Positions 9,498-18,571 of a stretch of 64,000 nucleotides of DNA are shown here, one piece after another. The translations under genes and the position numbers were made by a program. The notes beneath the pieces are model-generated. The model saw nothing but the letters and a program-made list of their open reading frames with translations, was not told where the DNA came from and did no database searches. Origin of the DNA: Candidatus Binatia bacterium (GTDB taxonomy: Bacteria > Desulfobacterota > Binatia > Bin18); contig OY761159.2 in the NCBI GenBank assembly GCA_963664395.2, positions 4,128,001 to 4,192,000 on the forward strand, read 5' to 3'. Each line of letters begins with the position of its first letter. Position 1 is the stretch's first letter.

Positions 9498-10439
9498 ATG
9501 GCAGAGATACGTGAAATAACCTCCGGCCTGGAATTTCCCGAAGGCCCGATTGCCATGGATGACGGCAGCGTTATCCTGACGGAGATTAAGCGCGGCACGC
9601 TTACGCGGGTCAAGCCGGATGGCACCAAAGAAGTTGTGGCCGAAACGGGTGACGGGCCGAACGGCGCGGCGATTGGACCCGACGGCAAAATCTACGTGTG
9701 TAATAACGGCGGCTTTGAGTGGATCGAAGCCGGTGGGCTGACTGTGCCGCACGGTATCCCTGAAAGCTATACCAATGGCTATATCCAGCGTGTTGATATC
9801 GACACCGGGGCGGTGGAAACGATTTATACCGAGTGCGACGGCAATAAGCTGTGCGGCCCGAACGATATTGTGTTCGATGCTCAAGGCGGCATGTGGTTCA
9901 GCGACTTCGGCAAGATCCGCGACCGCGACCGCGACGTGTGCGGCCTCTATTACGCCAAGACAGACGGCTCGCTCATCAAGGAAGTCGTCTATCCGATCCA
10001 AGGACCGAACGGCATCGGCTTGGCCCCTGGCGATGCGACCCTGTATGCGGCCCAGACCTTTGAAGCCCGGGTGTGGGGCTGGAACATTACCGGTCCGGGC
10101 GAATTGGAGCGCGTGGAAGGGACGGGTGGTCCGCTCCTGGCTGGCCCTGGTGGAGGGGTTCTGGTGGCTGGCTTACCGGGCTATCAACTCCTTGATTCAT
10201 TAGCGGTCGAGGCCAACGGCAACGTGTGTGTGGCGACCATCCTGAATGGCGGCATTAGCGTGTTTGCGCCGGACGGCTCGTCGGTCGAGCATGTGCCCGT
10301 TCCGGGAGACCCGGTGGTGACCAATATCTGTTTTGGTGGCCCGGACCTGAAAACGGCCTATATCACGCTGTCGGGTACGGGCAAGCTGGTAGCCATGGAC
10401 TGGCCGCGTCCGGGCCTGAAGTTGAATTTCACGCGCTAG
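9498..10439 (+). CDS. SMP-30/gluconolactonase/LRE family protein
   Basis: LEFPEGP, GPNG, GPNDIVFD, PNGIGL and VTNICFGG beta-propeller motifs. Confidence 0.92.
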   Translation: MAEIREITSGLEFPEGPIAMDDGSVILTEIKRGTLTRVKPDGTKEVVAETGDGPNGAAIGPDGKIYVCNNGGFEWIEAGGLTVPHGIPESYTNGYIQRVDIDTGAVETIYTECDGNKLCGPNDIVFDAQGGMWFSDFGKIRDRDRDVCGLYYAKTDGSLIKEVVYPIQGPNGIGLAPGDATLYAAQTFEARVWGWNITGPGELERVEGTGGPLLAGPGGGVLVAGLPGYQLLDSLAVEANGNVCVATILNGGISVFAPDGSSVEHVPVPGDPVVTNICFGGPDLKTAYITLSGTGKLVAMDWPRPGLKLNFTR

Positions 10440-10469
10440 GCGTCGCTTTTCGCTTGGCCTCTGGAGGAA

Positions 10470-10489
10470 GGGGGCAGCCGCCTGCCCCC
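10470..10489. terminator. GC-rich hairpin between convergent genes
   Basis: GGGGGCAG-CCGC-CTGCCCCC perfect 8-bp stem. Confidence 0.5.
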
Positions 10490-10494
10490 GCCAT

Positions 10495-10974
10495 TCAGGC
10501 CAGATGCCCGTGGCCGGGCTTGTGATGATGCGCCTCATGCGTCTGCGGACTGGTCGGTCGTACATCTCTGCCTTTCTGGTGGCTCAGGTAGATGCGGCCC
10601 AGAAATTTGACATTGGCGCAAGCGTCAACCTCACCCACATGGCACTCCGCAACGTTTGGAATAAAAAAACGATACGGCCCGCCTTTGTTCTCCGGCAGGG
10701 CCGCATCGTTGAAGCGATAGGCGATAATGCCCTCCTGCACGGCTTCGAGCGGCACACTGGCGGAGAATTTTCCGTCGGTGGACTCCAGGGTGATATAGCG
10801 GACGGTTTCTTTTGGCCCGACCTGCTCCAGTACCGTTTGGAGACGGACGGCGCTGCCTTCTCGGCCGTGAATAAGCCGGCTCACATCCTCAATCTGATCC
10901 GATAGCGCCCGCAGCTCGGAAAACCCAAAGGCGTGGGGCGACCGGACTTCGCCTTCAACGTGTAATCGTGTCAT
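10495..10974 (-). CDS. molybdopterin-dependent oxidoreductase-like domain protein (Oxidored_molyb fold), His-rich tail
   Basis: LHVEGEV...F..SEL, LES.DG.FSASVPL, LP...GGPYR, ANVK.L..I. Confidence 0.7.
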   Translation of the reverse strand: MTRLHVEGEVRSPHAFGFSELRALSDQIEDVSRLIHGREGSAVRLQTVLEQVGPKETVRYITLESTDGKFSASVPLEAVQEGIIAYRFNDAALPENKGGPYRFFIPNVAECHVGEVDACANVKFLGRIYLSHQKGRDVRPTSPQTHEAHHHKPGHGHLA

Positions 10975-11117
10975 GTCTTCTCCTTCGGTTCACAAGAGAT
11001 ATGGTCCGCATTATATCCTGGTCACAGGAGGCCGTCTTGTAGGGCCGAGCGGGCTGTTGACCCTCTACTGCCGGTGGGGCAAGCTGGCGCTCAGGCTGCG
11101 TGGGGAGGAGCACCGAG

Positions 11118-11990
11118 ATGCGGATTATTAGCTGTAACCTGAACGGTATTCGGTCTGCTGCGAGCAAAGGGTTTTTCTCGTGGCTGGAGAAACAAAACGC
11201 CGATGTGGTGTGTGTCCAAGAACTCAAGGCTCAGGAAAAAGATGTCATCCCCACCTATCAAGAAGCCGCGGGCCTGACCGGGACGTTTCACTATGCAGAA
11301 AAGCCGGGTTATTCCGGTGTGGGCATCTATGCCCGGCGGCAACCGGATCGCGTCCGGGTTGGCTGGGGCTGGCCTGACGCGGACCGCGAAGGGCGTTATC
11401 TTCGGGCGGACCTTGGCCGTCTGTCGGTGATTTCAATGTACCTGCCGTCCGGCTCGAGTTCCGAAGAGCGTCAGCGCGTTAAATATCAATTCATGGACAA
11501 GCTCTTGCCGGAGCTGAAAGCGCTGCGCGCCAGTCGCCGCCATGTCGTGCTGTGTGGGGACTGGAATATTGCCCATACCAGGAAGGACATAAAAAATTGG
11601 CGGGGCAATCAGAAGAACTCCGGCTTTCTGCCCGAAGAACGCGATTGGCTGACGCGGGTGTTCGACGAGGTCGGTCTTGTGGATGCGTTTCGACGGGTCA
11701 ACCCGGAAGCGGAACAATATACCTGGTGGTCATTTCGCGGCCAGGCCTGGGCGAAAGACGTGGGCTGGCGGATCGATTACCAAGTGGTCACACCGGGCTT
11801 AGCCAAACTGGCAACGCAGACCGCGATCTACAAGGAAGAACGCTTTTCAGATCACGCCCCGCTGAGTATTGATTACGACTATGCGTTTGACGGTCTAAAG
11901 CCACGCAAACGCGCCGCCGCAGGTTCAAAGGGCGCTCGTTCATCGAAAAATTCCGTAAAGCGGCCTGCCCGGAAGCGTAGGTCGGCTTAA
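11118..11990 (+). CDS. xth: exodeoxyribonuclease III
   Basis: ISCNLNGIR, VCVQELK, GYSGV, CGDWNIAH, YTWWS, GWRIDY, SDHAP. Confidence 0.95.
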   Translation: MRIISCNLNGIRSAASKGFFSWLEKQNADVVCVQELKAQEKDVIPTYQEAAGLTGTFHYAEKPGYSGVGIYARRQPDRVRVGWGWPDADREGRYLRADLGRLSVISMYLPSGSSSEERQRVKYQFMDKLLPELKALRASRRHVVLCGDWNIAHTRKDIKNWRGNQKNSGFLPEERDWLTRVFDEVGLVDAFRRVNPEAEQYTWWSFRGQAWAKDVGWRIDYQVVTPGLAKLATQTAIYKEERFSDHAPLSIDYDYAFDGLKPRKRAAAGSKGARSSKNSVKRPARKRRSA

Positions 11991-12054
11991 CGGAGTGTCA
12001 TCCGACGCCGACCTGAAGACCCTCACCCCAACCCTCTCCCAGAGGGGGAGGGGG
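11977..12054 (+). repeat. composite REP-like element (GTAG-type palindrome plus CCCTCACCCC..CCCTCTCCC..GGG hairpin)
   Basis: GTAGGTCGG...CGGAGTGTCATCCGAC followed by CCCTCACCCCAACCCTCTCCCAGAGGGGGAGGGGG. An inverted, similar copy lies at 52193-52312. Confidence 0.7.
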
Positions 12055-12070
12055 CAAGCAGTAGCCCCGC

Positions 12071-12565
12071 TCAGGCCACTACTTTTTTGCACTCCGCGGT
12101 GACTGTGGCACATGCCTCGGCGGTCTCTATGCAGAGCGGATGGTGGGTATGCTTGCGGCATTCCTGTTCACAGGCGTCATGAACGGCTATGCAGACGGGG
12201 ACAAAGGCTTTGAGTTGAGCGGAATCGGCAGCGGCGAGCACTCCTAGCGCTTCGCTGACCGCGTTCATCTCCTGGATGCGCGCGGCACAGGCGGACAGCG
12301 ACGTATCACCTGTCGCAAACAGGTTCAGACAGTGCTTCAGACACATCGCTCCGATGCCCACACAGGCTTGGGCCGCCAGGACGAGCTCGCGGTGTTTTGG
12401 GGCCGCGTCGTGCTGTGTATGCTCGGCCTGCTCGTGATGGGCGGCCAGGGCTGGAGAGGCCACCAGCCCGGCCAAGGCAGCGCCCGATACGCCTAGCAGG
12501 ACATCGCGCCGTTTGATCGAGGGTGGCTCAGCGGGGGCAGTACCATTCTTCTCGTGTACGTCCAT
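12071..12565 (-). CDS. Tat-exported four-helix-bundle copper storage protein (Csp1/2 type)
   Basis: Twin-arginine signal KRRDVLLG...ALAA, His-rich linker, and regularly spaced Cys (C...G.MC..HC, C...C..H, C...A.AC......C). Confidence 0.85.
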   Translation of the reverse strand: MDVHEKNGTAPAEPPSIKRRDVLLGVSGAALAGLVASPALAAHHEQAEHTQHDAAPKHRELVLAAQACVGIGAMCLKHCLNLFATGDTSLSACAARIQEMNAVSEALGVLAAADSAQLKAFVPVCIAVHDACEQECRKHTHHPLCIETAEACATVTAECKKVVA

Positions 12566-12682
12566 AAATAACTCCTTATACGGTCTATTGTGCGGTCCGC
12601 TTTCGACTCCCGCGAGTCTAGTACACCATACTTTGTCAGCATGGTACTCATACCGAGAGCACGTCAAGGGGAGAACAACACG

Positions 12683-14362
12683 ATGTTGGACCTGTACTCG
12701 GGCATCTGGAGAAGATGCGTTTGGAGTCTGGTTGCTCTGAGCCTGTCTGTGGCTATCGGAGAACGGACGAGCTTTGCGCAAACCCAAGAAGCGACTTCGG
12801 ACTCTGGAGAAGAACTCTCACAACCGGAAGCGGTTGAACTTGAAGACCTGCTCGTCTCGGCCGAACGTATTACCCCTGTCAGCGGAGCGGCGACCGCTCT
12901 GGTGACGGCTGAGCAGGTTCGGGAATATCAGGCCAGGGATGTTGCTGAAGCCCTGAAAAGCAGGGTCCCCGGCGTAACCGGCAAGCGGAGCGGCGGCATT
13001 AATCTTGACCCGATTATTCGCGGGCTGCGTGAAGACCGTTTGAGTGTCATGACCAATGGCACGAAGATATGGGGCGGCGGGCCGTCTCGCATGGACCCGC
13101 CGACCTCGCTGCTGGATGTGGATGAGCTGGAAGCCATCGAAGTGATCAAGGGGCCGTACTCGGTGACGCGGGGTCCGAGCAGTATCGGCGGAACGATCAA
13201 CCTGGTTACCAAGAAACCGGAACTTTCACCGCACTGGGATGCGCACGGTTCGCTTGGCGCGGCCTACACCAGCAATTACAACGGTTTTACCACCAAGGCG
13301 GCGGTCAGTGCCGGGGGGCCCACCCTGGCGTTTCGGCTGGCCGGTAGCTACCGCGATTATCAGGACTATGATTCGGGCGACGGCGAACGTATGCAGTCCG
13401 GGTTTCAGAGCCAATCGGTATCCGGCACCCTGCTGTGGCAACCGCACGCCGCCCATCGTTTGCTGCTGTCCTTGAGCCGGGAATCCGACCAGGATACCCG
13501 TTTCGACGCGCTGCCGCTGCATATGGAAGAAGACGATGCCTATCTCGGCTCCGTATCCTACACCCTCAGCAACCCGTTCCCGTTTGTGGGGAGCCTGCAA
13601 CTCAGCGGCTACTACAATTATGTGCATCATCGCATGAACAATGACCATAAGCCCCATCGGGCCGGAAGTGGTGCCGGTGGAGGTGCGCAGGACGGCTCCA
13701 GTCCCGGTATGCAGGCTGGCTCCGGGCACCCTATCCCGGTCTTGACCCGGAAGAGAGCCTTGAGGTCGATACGGGTATCCACGCCCGGTGGGGCCGATTG
13801 GCTGTGGATGGGGCACTCTTCTACAACAGGATTGAGGACTATATTTTGCAATACGTTCTGGACCGTGACTTCCAGTGCCCGCACGGGTCCGTGCAACCTG
13901 CGCGGCTTTCGCAATATCGATCATGCCACCCTGTTCGGCGCGGATCTGGGCCTGAGCTATGCGCTGCGCGAAAACCTGTCGCTGCACGGCTCCTTTGCGT
14001 ATGTGCATGGAGAAAACGAGGCAGACGACCGGGCGCTCCCCGAAATTCCTCCTTTGGAGGGTCAGCTCGGACTGCGCTACGAGCATCCGCGCTGGGATCT
14101 CTGGTTCAACCCGATGCTTCGTCTCGTCCAGAGCCAGCATCGGGTTGATAGCGCGTTCGGCGAAGACGCGACGCAGGGGCATGTGACGGTTGATATCGGA
14201 GCCGGCTGGCGACTATTCGGGCGTCACGAACTGATGCTGCGTGTCGAGAACCTGTTCGATAAAAACTATAACGAGCATATCACCCGGGAGAATCCGTTTA
14301 GCGGCAGGGAAGTGTTCGAGCCCGGACGGGTGGTGACGGTCGGCCTGTGGACAACGTTTTAA
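12683..14362 (+). pseudogene. TonB-dependent copper receptor (OprC-like) with internal deletion and double frameshift
   Basis: Plug motifs DPIIRG, RMDPPTS, IEVIKGP...GGTINLVTK and C-terminal VENLFDKNY...EPGR. Barrel segment PGLDPEESLEVDTG...FYNRIEDYI is encoded in a different frame (13735-13886). Confidence 0.75.
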
Positions 14363-14467
14363 TCTTTTATGGATTTTCTAATAAAATAAGCATCTTAGCC
14401 CGACACTCCTCGAAAGTTGTATAACTCGCTGCTTGGTGTTAGGATGATCTTAGTTGAGTAGCTGCCC

Positions 14468-17400
14468 ATGTGGTGGGGTGGTGGTGGGAGGTGGTTTGTG
14501 GCACTGGGTATCAAGACGGTCCTTCGCTCGCTACGAGTGATGGGAGAGCAGGGGAGACCCCCCGTCTCCCTGGGTGTGAAAAGACATCAGCCCAATTCGG
14601 CATTCCGGGCTGAGAAACAAGGCCGGGCTCATTCGGCCAGAGATGTGACGGCGCGGCGCGCCTCACCCTCACTCCCTTCAATTAACATATTTGGCCCTAT
14701 CTGCCCGCTGCTACGCGCGTGGCTGCTGGGGGTGCTCCTGTTGTTGGGCGGGTCCGTCCACGCCCAGGAAACAGAGAACCAGCCACCGGTGGTGGAATAT
14801 CAGCTGTTTCCCGAGTGGCTGCGGATGGGAGTGTCGGATGCGGTGTCGGTAGGGTATGGGTTCGAGGATCCGGACGACGACCCGTTGACCTATACGGCAA
14901 GCTCGGACAACGAGGCGGTCGTCGAAGTAGAGAGCGTGATGGATAATGTCGTGACGCTCATGCCAAAGGTTATCGGCACGGCAACCATCACAGTGACGGC
15001 GACCGACACGGGTGGGTCAAACACCAGCGTGGAACAGGATTTCACGGTGACGGTCCTGCGCAACTACGACACCGACAGTGACGGACTGATCGAAATCACA
15101 ACCCTGGCGCAGCTTGACGCCATACGCCATGATCTGGATGGGGACAGCAGACCGGCATACGGTACAGACACGGCGTACGCCGAGGCGTTCCTCGAGGGGG
15201 GGGTGACCGAGCGGGGGAGGCTCACCTGCAGCGGTGCCTGCAAGGGATATGAATTGAAGGCAGACCTCGACTTCTTCGACACCAACGAGGATGGCCAAGT
15301 CGATACGAACGATGACACCAACGGGGACGGTCAGGTCGATGCGGAAGACAACACTACCTACTGGAACGAGGGCGCCGGCTGGATGCCTATCGGCGAGGAC
15401 GGCGCGTTCTCGACGACCTTCGACGGCAACGGACACACCATCCGCAACTTGTTTATCAAGCGGGAGGACGCTTTCGCCACAGGATTAGCGGTGGGATTAT
15501 TCAACCAGATCGACTCGCCAGGCGAGCTGCGCAATGTCGGAGTGATTGATGTCGATGTAACGGGCGGAAAGCTCGTTGTGGGCGGGCTGGTTGGATCGAT
15601 CAGCAGCGGCGGCAGCATCACCGCCAGCTATGTCACCGGTCGGGTGGTGGGAATGCACAATATAGTCGGCGGGCTGGCCGGAGCGAACAACAGCGGTAGC
15701 ATCACCGCCAGCTATTTCACCGGGCACGTGGAGGGTAAGGGCACCGCGGTCGGCGGGCTGGCCGGAACAAGCAGCGGCCGCATCACCGACAGCTATGCCA
15801 CCGGCCAGGTGGTGGCGAATTCCCATGCCGGCGGGCTGGTCGGAATAAGCAGCGGCCACATCACTTCTAGTTACTCCACGGCCTGTGTGGTGGTGGGCAA
15901 CAACGATGCCGGCGGCCTGATCGGAGCGAACAGAGGCAGCATCACCTCCAGCTATGCCACCGGGCCCGTGGCGGGAAGGACCCGGGTCGGCGGGCTGGTC
16001 GGATGGAATGAGGGCAGCAACAGTAGCATTACTGCCAGCTATGCCACGGGCCATGTGATGGGTAATACCTGGGTCGGCGGACTGGTCGGGAGCAATGAGG
16101 GAACCATCACCGCCAGCTATTGGGATACGGATACCTCCGGGAGGGACGTGGGAGTCGGTACGGACGATGCGGACGATAACGGCATCATTGACGGCACGGA
16201 ATCGCAAACAGCCGGCGTGGCGGGCAAGACCACGGCGCAGTTGCAGGAACCCACAGACTACACCGGTATTTATGACACCTGGAACGACATGGATCTGGAT
16301 GGCGACGGCAATAACAACGCCCCTTGGGACTTCGGGGAAGACGACGAATATCCGGTGCTGCTGGTGGATTTCGACGGGGATGAGACGGCGACCTGGCAGG
16401 AGTTCGGCTATCAGTTTCGAGAAAGCATGGTGCTGACGGCGACGATGCCTCTCGAAGGCGTGGCTCGGGTGGACTTGGCGTGGACCGAGGTAGCGGTGGA
16501 TCACTGGGACCCCGAACCGGACGTGACCTACATCCTTTTGCGCGACGACGGGACCACCGTCGAGACCCTGTCGGAGAACACAGCGGCAGGTGACTACTCC
16601 GACCTCAGTGTGGTCCCCGGTTCCACCTACACCTATCGGGTAGCGGTCGTCGTGATGGGTAGCGAAACGACATGCACCGGAGTGAGTGTCACCATACCAG
16701 CAGACGCGAACCGACACCCGCAGGTGTCAGAGGAGTTAGACGACCTGCCGTTGCAAGTGGGGCAGCCGGATTACGAAGTGGATGTAGATGAAGTATTTGA
16801 GGACCCAGACGGCGATACGTTGACCTACGGGGCAACCTCGTCCGCCGATACCGTCGTCGAAGTAGTAAGCGTGACAGGGACCATGGTGACGCTCCGGCCA
16901 CTAGCCGTCGGTACGGCGACTATCACGGTAACGGTGACCGACACGGGTGGATTGAGCGCGACGCAGCAGTTCCTGGTGACAGTCACGTCGCCACCGCCAC
17001 CGGATACGAACACGCCGCCACCGGATACGAACACGCCGCCACCGGATACGAACACGCCGCCACCGGATACGAACACGCCGCCACCGGATACGAACACGCC
17101 GCCACCGGATACGAACACGCCGCCACCGGATACGAACACGCCGCCACCGGATACGAACACGCCGCCACCGGATACGAACACGCCGCCACCGGATACGAAC
17201 ACGCCGCCACCGGATACGAACACGCCGCCACCGGATACGAACACGCCGCCACCGGATACGAACACGCCGCCACCGGATACGAACACGCCGCCACCGGATA
17301 CGAACACGCCGCCGCCTAACAGCGGCTCTCTCGGTCCTGGAAGCAGGAGTGTTAGCAGAGCCTCTACTCAACGCTCGCCGGCCGGACACTTGGAGATTCC

Positions 17401-18271
17401 GGGGCCAAACTCCGTCCAGAGTGGCATCGGGGTCATTTCGGGCTGGATCTGTGAGGCTAAAACGGTGGAGATTGAGGTGGAGATTGACGGTGACACCCAC
17501 CGCCTGCCAGCGGCCTACGGAACCGACCGGGCCGACACGAAACGAGAGTGTGGCGACATGGACAACGGCTTTGGGCTGTTGTTCAACTGGAACCTGCTCG
17601 GCGATGGCGAGCATACGGTCGCGGTCCTGGTTGACAGGAATCCGTGGCGGCGGCTCAGGGTGCGGGTGACAACGCTGGGTGAGGAGTTTGTTAAGGACGT
17701 GGCGGGGATGTGTGAGGCGGTGGACTTTCCGCATACGGGCAAGGCGGTGACGCTGGTGTGGCAGGAAGCGCAACAGAATTTCGTCATTACGGATGGGAGT
17801 GAGCCGCCGGTAGGCGACCCCGCGCTGAGGGGTGAGCCGCTGGGCTTTCTGGAGAACCCGGCGCCGAACTCCTTCCAGAGTGGCATTGGGGTCATTTCGG
17901 GCTGGATCTGTGAGGCCAAAACGGTGGACATTGAGATTAACGGCACCCACCGCCTGATGGCGGCCTACGGCACCGACCGAGCCGACACGGAGTATACGGA
18001 GGAGGGTGAGGAGCTCTGCGGGGACACGGACAACGGCTTCGGGCTGTTGTTCAACTGGAACCTGCTCGACGCCGGTGAGCATACGGTCGTGGCCCTGGTT
18101 GATGGGGAGCCGTGGCGGCGGGCCACGGTGCGGGTGACAACGCTGGGTGAGGAGTTTGTTAAGGACGTGGCGGGGATGTGTGAGGTAGCGGCCTTTCCGA
18201 GTCCGGGCGAAAGCGTGACGCTGCGATGGCAGGAGGCCAAGCAGAACTTTGTGATCACAGCGATAGAGTAG
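14468..18271 (+). CDS. large secreted/surface protein: Ig/cadherin-like domains, GLUG repeats, FN3-like domain, (PPPDTNT)15 linker, duplicated C-terminal domain
   Basis: Signal-like LLGVLLLLGGSVHA, F.DPD.D.LTY...TATITVTATD.GG twice, repeated VGGLVG.N.G.ITASYATG.V. The start codon is uncertain. Confidence 0.85.
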   Translation: MWWGGGGRWFVALGIKTVLRSLRVMGEQGRPPVSLGVKRHQPNSAFRAEKQGRAHSARDVTARRASPSLPSINIFGPICPLLRAWLLGVLLLLGGSVHAQETENQPPVVEYQLFPEWLRMGVSDAVSVGYGFEDPDDDPLTYTASSDNEAVVEVESVMDNVVTLMPKVIGTATITVTATDTGGSNTSVEQDFTVTVLRNYDTDSDGLIEITTLAQLDAIRHDLDGDSRPAYGTDTAYAEAFLEGGVTERGRLTCSGACKGYELKADLDFFDTNEDGQVDTNDDTNGDGQVDAEDNTTYWNEGAGWMPIGEDGAFSTTFDGNGHTIRNLFIKREDAFATGLAVGLFNQIDSPGELRNVGVIDVDVTGGKLVVGGLVGSISSGGSITASYVTGRVVGMHNIVGGLAGANNSGSITASYFTGHVEGKGTAVGGLAGTSSGRITDSYATGQVVANSHAGGLVGISSGHITSSYSTACVVVGNNDAGGLIGANRGSITSSYATGPVAGRTRVGGLVGWNEGSNSSITASYATGHVMGNTWVGGLVGSNEGTITASYWDTDTSGRDVGVGTDDADDNGIIDGTESQTAGVAGKTTAQLQEPTDYTGIYDTWNDMDLDGDGNNNAPWDFGEDDEYPVLLVDFDGDETATWQEFGYQFRESMVLTATMPLEGVARVDLAWTEVAVDHWDPEPDVTYILLRDDGTTVETLSENTAAGDYSDLSVVPGSTYTYRVAVVVMGSETTCTGVSVTIPADANRHPQVSEELDDLPLQVGQPDYEVDVDEVFEDPDGDTLTYGATSSADTVVEVVSVTGTMVTLRPLAVGTATITVTVTDTGGLSATQQFLVTVTSPPPPDTNTPPPDTNTPPPDTNTPPPDTNTPPPDTNTPPPDTNTPPPDTNTPPPDTNTPPPDTNTPPPDTNTPPPDTNTPPPDTNTPPPDTNTPPPDTNTPPPDTNTPPPNSGSLGPGSRSVSRASTQRSPAGHLEIPGPNSVQSGIGVISGWICEAKTVEIEVEIDGDTHRLPAAYGTDRADTKRECGDMDNGFGLLFNWNLLGDGEHTVAVLVDRNPWRRLRVRVTTLGEEFVKDVAGMCEAVDFPHTGKAVTLVWQEAQQNFVITDGSEPPVGDPALRGEPLGFLENPAPNSFQSGIGVISGWICEAKTVDIEINGTHRLMAAYGTDRADTEYTEEGEELCGDTDNGFGLLFNWNLLDAGEHTVVALVDGEPWRRATVRVTTLGEEFVKDVAGMCEVAAFPSPGESVTLRWQEAKQNFVITAIE
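16994..17308 (+). repeat. perfect 21-bp coding tandem repeat, 15 copies
   Basis: CCGCCACCGGATACGAACACG x15 (315 bp) encoding PPPDTNT. Confidence 0.97.
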
Positions 18272-18298
18272 GGGCACCGCACGCGTCGTCGCCCCTAC
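18268..18298. repeat. GTAG-type REP-like palindrome between convergent genes
   Basis: GTAGGGGC-(15 nt)-GCCCCTAC. Confidence 0.6.
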
Positions 18299-18301
18299 GT
18301 C

Positions 18302-18571
18302 CTAGTCTGATTCTCCAGGTGGGGGCAAGGGAATGGCTTCGTCAATCAACATGACCGGGATATCGTCTCGAATGGGATAGCAATAGCGCTGGTCTTCACG
18401 GACCAGGGCCGCGTCCATTGCTGCGGAGACAACCTCGCCCGCCCGGTTTTTGAGGGTGCCGTTTTGAATATATGTATTGAGGTTTTCTACCAGCTCGGTT
18501 GGTGCCAACACCACGGGCTGCTTGGTTTCTGGACATACCAGGATAGCCAGCAATTCTTGACTAACGGCCAT
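18302..18571 (-). CDS. Trm112 family protein
   Basis: ELLAILVCPETK...YPIRDDIPVMLIDEAI. Confidence 0.85.
   Translation of the reverse strand: MAVSQELLAILVCPETKQPVVLAPTELVENLNTYIQNGTLKNRAGEVVSAAMDAALVREDQRYCYPIRDDIPVMLIDEAIPLPPPGESD

Noticed and set aside
16825-17307. Antisense ORFs with (FVSGGGV)n, (YPVAACS)n and (RVRIRWR)n repeats
   Set aside because: These are stop-free shadow frames of the 21-bp repeat.
16994-17308. Possible CRISPR array
   Set aside because: The units are directly adjacent with no spacers and lie in frame within a protein. No cas genes are present.
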